Origin: a virus
DNA: 64,000 nt
IMG/VR virus record: IMGVR_UViG_3300029267_006021
Strand: one strand, 5' to 3'
Made by a program: the position numbers and the translations under genes. Positions 17,998 through 26,386 of this stretch are shown here, in pieces. Every line of letters begins with the position of its first letter. Positions within the stretch are counted from its first letter, which is position 1. Below the pieces are notes generated by a model that saw only the letters and a program-made list of their open reading frames with translations, was not told where the DNA came from and searched no databases.

Positions 17998-18714
17998 CTA
18001 TAGTCTGAGACCCCCGTCTACCTGCAAAATTCGACCATTAAAAAAAGCATTTTCAATAATAAATATAAAACCTTTAATGATCTCTTCTTCAGTAGCTAAA
18101 CGTTTTAAAGGAGTCTGTTTAATCCATTTTTTCTGTAAATCTATAGGCATTTTACTTGTAATGCCTGAATCTACAAATCCTGGAGCAATCCCAGCAACTC
18201 GAATCTTGAAATTGGATAACTCTTTAGCCCATGTTAAAGTTAAGGATTCAACTGCGGCTTTCGAAGCGCTATAAGCAGATTGTCCGGAGTTTCCTAAGGA
18301 AGCGATAGAACTAACATTAATAATTAAACCCTTAACTCGATTCTGGACCATTTTCAGGACAACTTCACGAGTAACATAAAAAAGCCCATTTAAATTAACA
18401 TCGAAAACTTCATGCCATTCATCTATTGGGTGAGATATCAAACCTGATTCCGAAAAACCAACTAAAAGATGATCCTGTGTGACTGCCGCATTATTAATTA
18501 GAATGTCAACTGGATCAAGATCTTTTAAAGAATGATAAACATTTATTGCTTGGGAGACATTACACTTAATAAAATTATCAAAGGTAGCGGAATTATTTTC
18601 AACCAAATCTAAAACCGTGATTTGAGCTCCACGTTTCTTTAATTCTATAGCAAGAGATAAACCAATACCCGAAGATCCTCCTGTAATCAAAATATGTTTG
18701 TTAAGTAGAGCCAT
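17998..18714 (-). CDS. FabG-like short-chain dehydrogenase (3-oxoacyl-ACP reductase-like)
   Basis: TGGSSGIG, NNAA, YSASK, APGF, VDGG. Confidence 0.85.
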   Translation of the reverse strand: MALLNKHILITGGSSGIGLSLAIELKKRGAQITVLDLVENNSATFDNFIKCNVSQAINVYHSLKDLDPVDILINNAAVTQDHLLVGFSESGLISHPIDEWHEVFDVNLNGLFYVTREVVLKMVQNRVKGLIINVSSIASLGNSGQSAYSASKAAVESLTLTWAKELSNFKIRVAGIAPGFVDSGITSKMPIDLQKKWIKQTPLKRLATEEEIIKGFIFIIENAFFNGRILQVDGGLRL

Positions 18715-18717
18715 TCA

Positions 18718-18951
18718 CTAAAAACCCTTCTTCTTTAAGACTTCAAGTATCTTCAAAAAGCTCTTCATTTCAATAATATCAGCAACTTCTAAAGTTATTC
18801 CAAATTCACTCTCAATAGTACTCATAATTTCTAAATGCCGCATTGAGTCCCAACTAGGAGTTTTTTGTAAAGAAACAGATTCATCAACTTGATCTGCGGA
18901 TAAATCAAAAATATCAGACAAAATTTTCTTGATTTGTTCTTCTAACATCAA
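18718..18951 (-). CDS. Acyl carrier protein
   Basis: 77 aa, acidic; WDSMRHL phosphopantetheine-serine motif; IESEFGI. Confidence 0.88.
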   Translation of the reverse strand: MMLEEQIKKILSDIFDLSADQVDESVSLQKTPSWDSMRHLEIMSTIESEFGITLEVADIIEMKSFLKILEVLKKKGF

Positions 18952-20525
18952 ATGCTCTCCAAAAAATTAGATTTAAAATAATCTACAAGAAGACGATAAA
19001 GAATTTTTTGAGTAGGTCCCTTTGGGATCTCCGATAAATCCGACAGCGTGTTGATTATAATTACTTCTTTCGGGCACTTAAAATAAGCAAGGTAATCAGC
19101 GCAAAACCCAATAATTGTCTTTTTATCAAGTGAACTATTTATAGTTAATTTTACAAACGCACAAAGTTCTTGTCCAAGTATGGGATCAGGTATACCAATC
19201 ACTGCACAATCTGCAATTTCTGGATGCTTAAGTAAAACATTTTCAGTCTCTGATGGATATATATTTTCTCCGCCTTTTATAATCAGAAAGTCATGTCTAC
19301 CCGCAAAATAAAAATAACCATCTTCTGTCTCATAACCATAGTCACCAGTATGGAACCACCCATTTCGAAAAGATTTTTCATTGAGGTCAGGCAAATTATA
19401 ATAGCCCCGTGTCACATTTAAACCACAAATACAAATCTCGCCAACTTCATTAAGAACAACATGGCCATTTTCATCTAAGACTTTCATTTCATTTATATTG
19501 AGAGGTCGCCCAACTGATCTCTTTCTTCGTTTTTCTGCTGGGTAATCATTAAAACATGAAAAAGATGTAGTTTCAGTTAAGCCAAAGCCTTCAAAAATTG
19601 GAACTCTAAAAGCGTCTTCAAACTTCTTTTGAATTTCTTCAGATAATGTTTGCCCCCCACAAATTATACCTTGTAAACTGCCCCTACGCTTTGATTTCTT
19701 CTCTCTTAATAAAACTGATAAAATAGAGGGCATTACACTTAACCAAGTACACTGATATTTTTCAACAATCTCCCAAAAAGACTTTAAGACCAAAACAGAC
19801 TCTACAAGAACTAAAGAACCTCCCACACTTAAAGGAGCAAGAAGAGTTACTACCTGCCCATTATTATGAAAAAGAGGTAGTATACATAAGGTCCTTGTCT
19901 CCTTATTAAATTGAAATTTCTCTGCAATAGCCTGGGCGTCATAAATTAGATTAGCTTGAGATAAGATCACACCTTTAGGGTTACCTGTAGTCCCTGAAGT
20001 ATAAATAATAACTGCATCATCCCAGAGAGAAGTCCTTAAAACATCCAAATTCTTCACTGAAAATAAATGTTCTGACGCAGAAAAGAGATTTAAATCAATA
20101 GAAATTTTCTTTATAGATAGAGTGTCAACTTTCGAGGATAACTCTTGTTTATAAAATAAAATCTTTGAATCACTATTGTTAGCAATAAAATCGATCTCTC
20201 GAGAAGATAATTTAGGATTAATTGGAACTACAATGATACCTGAAACAAGACAAGCAAAATATAATAACACGAATTCTTTACAATTATCGGCAAGTAAGCT
20301 AACATGATCTCCCTTTTTGAGTCCCATATTATGCTTTAAATAATAGCTTCCAGAAATCGCTGAGTAATATAATTCCTCAAAAGTCATTTGTGAATCAAAA
20401 AAGATTAAAGCTGTTCTAGAACCATAAAGAGTAGTCTGTTCTCTCAAGAGTTTATAAATATTAATATAACGAGGTGGGACCGCTTGAGAAAATTTAAGTT
20501 TCTGATGCTCTTCTAATTCAGCCAT
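18948..20525 (-). CDS. AMP-binding acyl-CoA/acyl-ACP synthetase (class I adenylate-forming enzyme)
   Basis: YTSGTTGNPKG, GFGLTET, WFHTGD, IKGGENIYPSE. Confidence 0.92.
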   Translation of the reverse strand: MAELEEHQKLKFSQAVPPRYINIYKLLREQTTLYGSRTALIFFDSQMTFEELYYSAISGSYYLKHNMGLKKGDHVSLLADNCKEFVLLYFACLVSGIIVVPINPKLSSREIDFIANNSDSKILFYKQELSSKVDTLSIKKISIDLNLFSASEHLFSVKNLDVLRTSLWDDAVIIYTSGTTGNPKGVILSQANLIYDAQAIAEKFQFNKETRTLCILPLFHNNGQVVTLLAPLSVGGSLVLVESVLVLKSFWEIVEKYQCTWLSVMPSILSVLLREKKSKRRGSLQGIICGGQTLSEEIQKKFEDAFRVPIFEGFGLTETTSFSCFNDYPAEKRRKRSVGRPLNINEMKVLDENGHVVLNEVGEICICGLNVTRGYYNLPDLNEKSFRNGWFHTGDYGYETEDGYFYFAGRHDFLIIKGGENIYPSETENVLLKHPEIADCAVIGIPDPILGQELCAFVKLTINSSLDKKTIIGFCADYLAYFKCPKEVIIINTLSDLSEIPKGPTQKILYRLLVDYFKSNFLESI

Positions 20526-21753
20526 GTAAAAATTTCCCGACTCTCTCTAAACCTGTATGAATTTTTTTAAAACTTCCTACAAGCGGCCCAAAACTTAATC
20601 TAATACCTTTTTTCATCGAATTACCAAAACCCCATCCTGGAACAAATAATACATTAGTTGCTTCCAAAACTTTTTTCACAAAGCCAACGCTATCGGCTTC
20701 AGTTTTAATACAAATATAAGGTGCACTCTGAGCAGATATGTAAGGTAATTTTAAATTAGTTTTTATTTCTTCTTCAACAAAAGAAGCGGTTTTCTTATAA
20801 AAATCTCTTATTTCAGATATATACCCAGTCAATAAATTATTATCTAAAACTACTTTATCGATAAAATGAGTAAAAGCTAGCTGATGTAAAGTATCGGGAC
20901 TTAAACTCAATGAATTCTGTATTGATCTTAAGGAATCTATAATAAATTCTGGAGCCTCAACCCATCCCATTCGTCTTCCGAGATTTTTCGCCCACTTTGA
21001 ATTTGAATGAATAGACAAAAAGTTTGGGCTTGGTGCCCAAGAAAAATACTCAGGAATTTCCTCAGTAAAAGTAAGAGTTTTGTAAGCAAAGTCTAAAATA
21101 AGGAAACTATCAATTTTTTCGACAGCCTCTCTAGCCCGTTTAACAAAATTTGTTGGAAGTATTTGTGAAGTAGGATTATCCGGAGATATCAAAATAACAA
21201 CTTTCGGTTGCTCTTTTAAAATGAAATTAGATAAATCATCTGTCTTTTCATTTACTTCATACTCCCATAATTGTGTATTTAAAACAGGAAAGCGTATAAT
21301 TTCTATATCACAAGCTGTTAAAGACTGTATTGGATAATTGCAATAGGTTGGGTCTAAAAGTAAAATCTTTTCTCCAGGATTCATTAAACAAAGAATAAGA
21401 GCATAAAAGAGTTGAGTAGAACTCGACCCAATAGCAACATTAGCCACTTTTAAATCTTTAACATTAAAAAGGATCTGCTCAAACTGAATAATAGCCTCTT
21501 TACATTCATTAAAGCCTAAAGTCGGGGAATACTCACCAGTAAAGTCAAAACTATCTCTTATAAGAAATTCATAAGATTCAGATAAAGATATAGGAGCGTG
21601 ATGCCCAACGAATCCACCGGCAAAGCTAATTAGATCTTTCGGATTTAAACCAAGAGACTTAATAAATTGTGGGTCGGCAAAGTCCATAATCTCCCGAATA
21701 GGAGAAGGTCGCTGCAAAAACGTCATAGCTTTTTTTGAAATTTGATTTTTCAC
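20518..21753 (-). CDS. PLP-dependent aminotransferase, class I/II
   Basis: SPDNPTS, DFAY, SNSK...GRRMGW, IRLSF. Confidence 0.85.
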   Translation of the reverse strand: MKNQISKKAMTFLQRPSPIREIMDFADPQFIKSLGLNPKDLISFAGGFVGHHAPISLSESYEFLIRDSFDFTGEYSPTLGFNECKEAIIQFEQILFNVKDLKVANVAIGSSSTQLFYALILCLMNPGEKILLLDPTYCNYPIQSLTACDIEIIRFPVLNTQLWEYEVNEKTDDLSNFILKEQPKVVILISPDNPTSQILPTNFVKRAREAVEKIDSFLILDFAYKTLTFTEEIPEYFSWAPSPNFLSIHSNSKWAKNLGRRMGWVEAPEFIIDSLRSIQNSLSLSPDTLHQLAFTHFIDKVVLDNNLLTGYISEIRDFYKKTASFVEEEIKTNLKLPYISAQSAPYICIKTEADSVGFVKKVLEATNVLFVPGWGFGNSMKKGIRLSFGPLVGSFKKIHTGLERVGKFLHG

Positions 21754-22511
21754 TTTAAATCCTCAGGTGTCAAAATACGCACATTCTTTGGTTTTGGTAT
21801 TACCATTCGTCCTGTTAAAATATCTAAACTCTCCTGTCCATGATTAAAAAGTAAGTCAACAATAGATAAATGCGAAATAAAAACATCTTGTTTCCATGTC
21901 TTCTGATTATAGTAAGGATGTTTATAGTCATGCCACAATAATGAATAACCCACTTCCTTAAATTGATCTTCATCTATATAATTCTTAGCTAAAACACCTG
22001 AAATATAAACTTTAACTTTGGGTAAAGTTTTCAAAATAGCGATAAGTTTATCACTTTTTTCAAGATGAGAAACATTCTTAAATTTTTGAGAAAATTTAAA
22101 CACTACATCTTTAATTCCGAGATAATTGACTATTTCAAGAACCAAAGCATAATTCAAATTTGAAATGTTAGAATGTTTTTCTCTTAAAGGTTTCTCAATC
22201 AAAGGAAAAACTTCAGGAAAGAAAGGAGTCTTTTTATAACAACTATATATAAGATTTAAATGCTTTTCTATCCAAGGTTGTGAATAACTAATACCAACTT
22301 CGCAAATTTTATATTCTCTAGAACTTTTTTTAAGATTAACTGGAACAGTAAGCCAACTCCATCCTTGGGGTGTACGACATCTATTTCGACTACGCCAATC
22401 TCGTTTAGTCCATTGAACATCATCAAGAAAAATAAAATAGTCACTCTGATCAATAAAATCAAAGAAACCTAACCAAGGTAAGTAGGCCGATTGTAAGATA
22501 GTACATTTCAT
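21750..22511 (-). CDS. wbqC: WbqC-family protein
   Basis: QSAYLPWLGFF...DDVQWTKRDWRSRN...WLTVP; LSIVDLLFN. Confidence 0.9.
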   Translation of the reverse strand: MKCTILQSAYLPWLGFFDFIDQSDYFIFLDDVQWTKRDWRSRNRCRTPQGWSWLTVPVNLKKSSREYKICEVGISYSQPWIEKHLNLIYSCYKKTPFFPEVFPLIEKPLREKHSNISNLNYALVLEIVNYLGIKDVVFKFSQKFKNVSHLEKSDKLIAILKTLPKVKVYISGVLAKNYIDEDQFKEVGYSLLWHDYKHPYYNQKTWKQDVFISHLSIVDLLFNHGQESLDILTGRMVIPKPKNVRILTPEDLK

Positions 22512-23119
22512 TTATAAACATACACCGAATATTCCCATAAAGGGTAATCATGTCGCAAGATAACGCGGGGACTCAAATTTTCAATACAAAAATTAAGCAT
22601 TTTCTGTGGAGAATAATAAAATAAATGTTCTTCCTCAAAATCAACATATGAAGTCATCATGTTAAAAGCCAAACCTTTTCGAGTAAATTCAAAAAGCTTT
22701 ACGAGCATTGATTTTACAAACTCTTCCCATTCAGCATTTAAAATCTGATTTTTGACATAAAATAAACCTGAAATAACAATAAAGTCAGATAAAATTGGAG
22801 GCTCTTCTAAAACGTTTAATATCTCAAAACAAACTCCAGGAAATAAAGATTTAGCTTCTTGAATCATACTTTCAGAAATATCTGTCCCGGTATATTTACA
22901 GGAAATTCTCTGATCTCGAAGATACTTCAAAAAATGTCCGCAGCCACATCCCACATCATGCACTAATTTGTCTGAAAGGTCACCTATTTCACTTAAAATC
23001 TTAAAACGAAGATTCTGTGAGACATTATCTTTCCAATCAACTCCTTTAGATGTTGGACCATGAAGAGCAAGTTTAGATTCATAATAGTCTATAGTTTCTT
23101 TATAGATCTTCGGGAACAT
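22508..23119 (-). CDS. Class I SAM-dependent methyltransferase
   Basis: DVGCGCG, YTGTDIS, GLAFN, RHDYPLWEY. Confidence 0.85.
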   Translation of the reverse strand: MFPKIYKETIDYYESKLALHGPTSKGVDWKDNVSQNLRFKILSEIGDLSDKLVHDVGCGCGHFLKYLRDQRISCKYTGTDISESMIQEAKSLFPGVCFEILNVLEEPPILSDFIVISGLFYVKNQILNAEWEEFVKSMLVKLFEFTRKGLAFNMMTSYVDFEEEHLFYYSPQKMLNFCIENLSPRVILRHDYPLWEYSVYVYK

Positions 23120-23975
23120 TTTTTAATTCTCGTTTTTCTTTACAAGTCCAATCTTGACAATTACGACAAATTTCTGGAACTTTTGACCATTGTTCCAAAA
23201 TATGATATTTTGCAAAGTCATGTACTTGTTTTGACCAAATTTCTTTAAGGGGCGTAGTATTAATATTTGAAAATACTGTGCGCCCATCCCAATCATTTAC
23301 ACAAAACGGAGTTCTGCCATCCCAATAAATGCCCAAAGTATCAAGAAGAGAAGGGCAAGAATAGCGATCAATTTCAGGTTGGTCGACTTCAACCATATCT
23401 ATCCACTGAGCAGGCTCTTTTATAAAAACACTAACCTCTCGCTGTCCCCAATAATCTGCAAAGAGTTTCTTTTCTTGTTCATTTTCAGCCATTGAAATCA
23501 ATTGAACAGAAACCTTTAAGTCTTTGGGCTTTATTTTTAAAAATTGATCAACATTATATAGAACCTTATTAAAATCTCCTCCAATTCGGATCTTTTTATA
23601 GGTTTCTTCAGTTGCGGCATCAATCCCAATATAAATTTCAGTGAGCCCTGCATCAATCAAAGATTTGGAAGTCTCTGGATCTAAAGCATTTCCATTAGTA
23701 TTAATTAAGTGATGTTTTAAACCTAAATATCTTCCAAATCGTATATATTCAGGTAGTCTATTTTTAATTATTAAAGGCTCCCCTAAAAAACAATACCATA
23801 AACGGATATGAGTATTAAAATCGGCAATTTGTTCTAAAATATTTAACATAAGTTCTTTTTTCATATTACCTAATTTACGCTTCGTTGTTCTTCGACCGCA
23901 CATCTTGCATTCAAGTTGGCAGTGGGCAGTTGTTTCAACAACAATATTTCTTGGATAACTCAAATCAACAATCAT
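23100..23975 (-). CDS. Radical SAM protein with SPASM/twitch domain
   Basis: CQLECKMC (CxxxCxxC), GEPL, TNG; C-terminal C...CVND...CRNC. Confidence 0.9.
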   Translation of the reverse strand: MIVDLSYPRNIVVETTAHCQLECKMCGRRTTKRKLGNMKKELMLNILEQIADFNTHIRLWYCFLGEPLIIKNRLPEYIRFGRYLGLKHHLINTNGNALDPETSKSLIDAGLTEIYIGIDAATEETYKKIRIGGDFNKVLYNVDQFLKIKPKDLKVSVQLISMAENEQEKKLFADYWGQREVSVFIKEPAQWIDMVEVDQPEIDRYSCPSLLDTLGIYWDGRTPFCVNDWDGRTVFSNINTTPLKEIWSKQVHDFAKYHILEQWSKVPEICRNCQDWTCKEKRELKNVPEDL

Positions 23976-23977
23976 CT

Positions 23978-25081
23978 TTAATTCATCCTTTCATAACATG
24001 AAATTAAATTTTTGAGCATAAATTCCTTACCATACTTTTTGTAGCGGTCTCGAATAGAGATATAACGTTCTTGAAGATCTTTAAGATTCTCGATCGCATA
24101 TAACAAAGTGTGTATTATCTTCTTTTGATCTAAAGGCGTTCTCAATAAATGTTCTTTATGTTTTAACAAATTTTGAGTTTCTGGGGAATCAAAAATAATA
24201 ACGACTGCCCCGGAATAAAGTGCTTGAACATTTGTTCCAGCGAAACCTGAATCATGTGTTGTCATCGAATAAATAATATTATGTTCTTTAATTAACTGAG
24301 CAAAATCTCTTTGTGAGAGTTTTTTACTTATAAATGTACAATATTGAGAGATCTTTAATCTTTTTGTTAGATCTCTCATTTTAATAAGATAAGGCATCCC
24401 ATCTTGAACAGATTGACCAACCACTAGTGTTACATGCACATTAGTATATTTTCGAAGTAGACTTGGGATTGATCTAATTAGAAATTCTTGATTATAATGC
24501 GGAACCATAGAACGGGGCGAAAGAATTTTAGGTTCTAAAGAAACTTCACGTTGTTTTTCATAAAATGAAAGGTCAATCAAAGGTCGAAACATTACATATT
24601 TATTAGAAAGTTGTACACCGTAGAATTTTTCAAAGACCGGAACCATATGCGCCATACCATGCAAAAAATAATCAATAGTTTTAATACAAAAAGACTCATA
24701 ATATTTTGATTTTTTTGTTGGCCTTTTTATAGTTTGTGAACTCCAAGGCATAATGCATGTAGGCAATTTAAAAGTCTCTTTTGACAACCAAGTAGGAATA
24801 CAAGAATAAGTTAAGGAATGCCCATGAACTAAATTAGGCTTTTCAATTTTAAAAACTGTAGCTAAAAAATTACGCAATTTCGGAATATTGAAGGAAGATG
24901 CCCCATGATAAGATCTATAAGGATAGTGGTAAACCGGAATATGTTTAGAAGTTACACTCTGATGCTTAGGCATATAACTTATTAAACATTGTTTATAGCC
25001 TAATACATCCAAGGATTGTACTACATCTCCCAAATGTACAGAATGTGCTCCGCCGATATGACAAATCTTAGGCTTTTGCAT
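23978..25081 (-). CDS. GT4-like (GT-B) glycosyltransferase
   Basis: KPNLVHGH N-terminal domain; donor-binding SGFAGTNVQALYSG variant. Confidence 0.7.
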   Translation of the reverse strand: MQKPKICHIGGAHSVHLGDVVQSLDVLGYKQCLISYMPKHQSVTSKHIPVYHYPYRSYHGASSFNIPKLRNFLATVFKIEKPNLVHGHSLTYSCIPTWLSKETFKLPTCIMPWSSQTIKRPTKKSKYYESFCIKTIDYFLHGMAHMVPVFEKFYGVQLSNKYVMFRPLIDLSFYEKQREVSLEPKILSPRSMVPHYNQEFLIRSIPSLLRKYTNVHVTLVVGQSVQDGMPYLIKMRDLTKRLKISQYCTFISKKLSQRDFAQLIKEHNIIYSMTTHDSGFAGTNVQALYSGAVVIIFDSPETQNLLKHKEHLLRTPLDQKKIIHTLLYAIENLKDLQERYISIRDRYKKYGKEFMLKNLISCYERMN

Positions 25082-25083
25082 CT

Positions 25084-25653
25084 TTAAATCTTCTGTAAAA
25101 AATATTGGATACCTATAAATTCAATTAGTTTCACGTGACCAGATTGAATAAATTCATCTACTGCACGGATAGGTCCTTCAAAATAAGGTTTTTTAATGTA
25201 GTCATCTCCAGTTATAAAACCTCCAGGCTTAACCTTTAAATAACAAAGATCTAAATCTTTTTTAACAAAAGCATATTCATGATTTCCATCAATATAAACC
25301 CAATCAAAATAATTATCTGGAAAACTAGATAGCGTTTTATCTGAATAGTCTCGATGTACCTTAACAATTTCTTTTTGAATTAGAGAATTGAATCTAACAA
25401 GAACATCTTGATACATTTTATCTAAATCCTTTTGTCCGAAAACCTTTCTTCTCTGGTTCGTCTCTTGGTGTAAAGGTGTGTGATTCTGAAAAACCCAGGG
25501 GTCTATTAAGTGTAATTTCTTAGGCTGGGTCAATGATAAAATCAATTGAGACCCTTGACCATAAAGAACACCAAGCTCTGCGCAAACACTATTTTTTGGT
25601 AGCTTTTTAAATAAAATTCTTCTCTGCTCACTATGATATAATTTTTTCGCCAT
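25084..25653 (-). CDS. Class I SAM methyltransferase (Methyltransf_24-like)
   Basis: AELGVLYG, IDPW, FDWVYIDGNHEY, GGFITGDDY. Confidence 0.88.
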   Translation of the reverse strand: MAKKLYHSEQRRILFKKLPKNSVCAELGVLYGQGSQLILSLTQPKKLHLIDPWVFQNHTPLHQETNQRRKVFGQKDLDKMYQDVLVRFNSLIQKEIVKVHRDYSDKTLSSFPDNYFDWVYIDGNHEYAFVKKDLDLCYLKVKPGGFITGDDYIKKPYFEGPIRAVDEFIQSGHVKLIEFIGIQYFLQKI

Positions 25654-26386
25654 AAGCTAATAAGCCTTTCTTACTTTGATTATAGGCAACAACCACATTT
25701 TCAAAATAATGTTTGTGTAAAAGAAGATTAAGAGATTTTCTTGAATAATAAAACAAATGGTTAGGGATATCTATAGTAAACTCATTAGCATCCACAGAGG
25801 GTACTGAAAGAGATATTACACCTTCCTTTCCTAAGATACGATAGACTTCTTCAAGAAATTTATTTGGATTACCTAAATGCTCTAAAAGTTGATGAAAAAT
25901 TATAATATCGAACTCGCCATCTTTAAATTTAAAATCGAAAATAGTTCCTTTTTTAACATTTAAAGCATAAACTGTTTTACAATAATTCAAATATCCATCA
26001 TGTAGGTCTAAACCCAAACAGTCATAACCTAAATTTACAAATCTCTTCAAGAAAGACCCCGAATAGCAACCAATCTCAAGAACTTTACCCTTAGGTTTTA
26101 AATTAGAAAATTGTGATAAAAAATTAAAGTATTCGGGGTAAACATTTTTTTCTCTAAATTCTGTATCATTTTTAATCAAATTAAAGGATTTATTTTTTCG
26201 GGCATAATGTTGAACTAAAAATTCTCCTGTAGGTAAAGGTTGGGCAAAATAGGTTTCGCATTCTTGACAAAAGAAAATTGAAAAGGAACCTTGATTCACT
26301 ATCTTCATTCTTTTTTTAGAATGTTTTGGATTAATGGCTGTTGCAGAATCTTTCTCACAGATGGGACAAATCATGGTCTTTTCCAA
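25631..26386 (-). CDS. Class I SAM methyltransferase with N-terminal zinc-binding motif
   Basis: CPIC...CQEC; VLEIGCYSG; LLEHL; HLFYYS. Confidence 0.88.
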   Translation of the reverse strand: MEKTMICPICEKDSATAINPKHSKKRMKIVNQGSFSIFFCQECETYFAQPLPTGEFLVQHYARKNKSFNLIKNDTEFREKNVYPEYFNFLSQFSNLKPKGKVLEIGCYSGSFLKRFVNLGYDCLGLDLHDGYLNYCKTVYALNVKKGTIFDFKFKDGEFDIIIFHQLLEHLGNPNKFLEEVYRILGKEGVISLSVPSVDANEFTIDIPNHLFYYSRKSLNLLLHKHYFENVVVAYNQSKKGLLAYGEKIIS

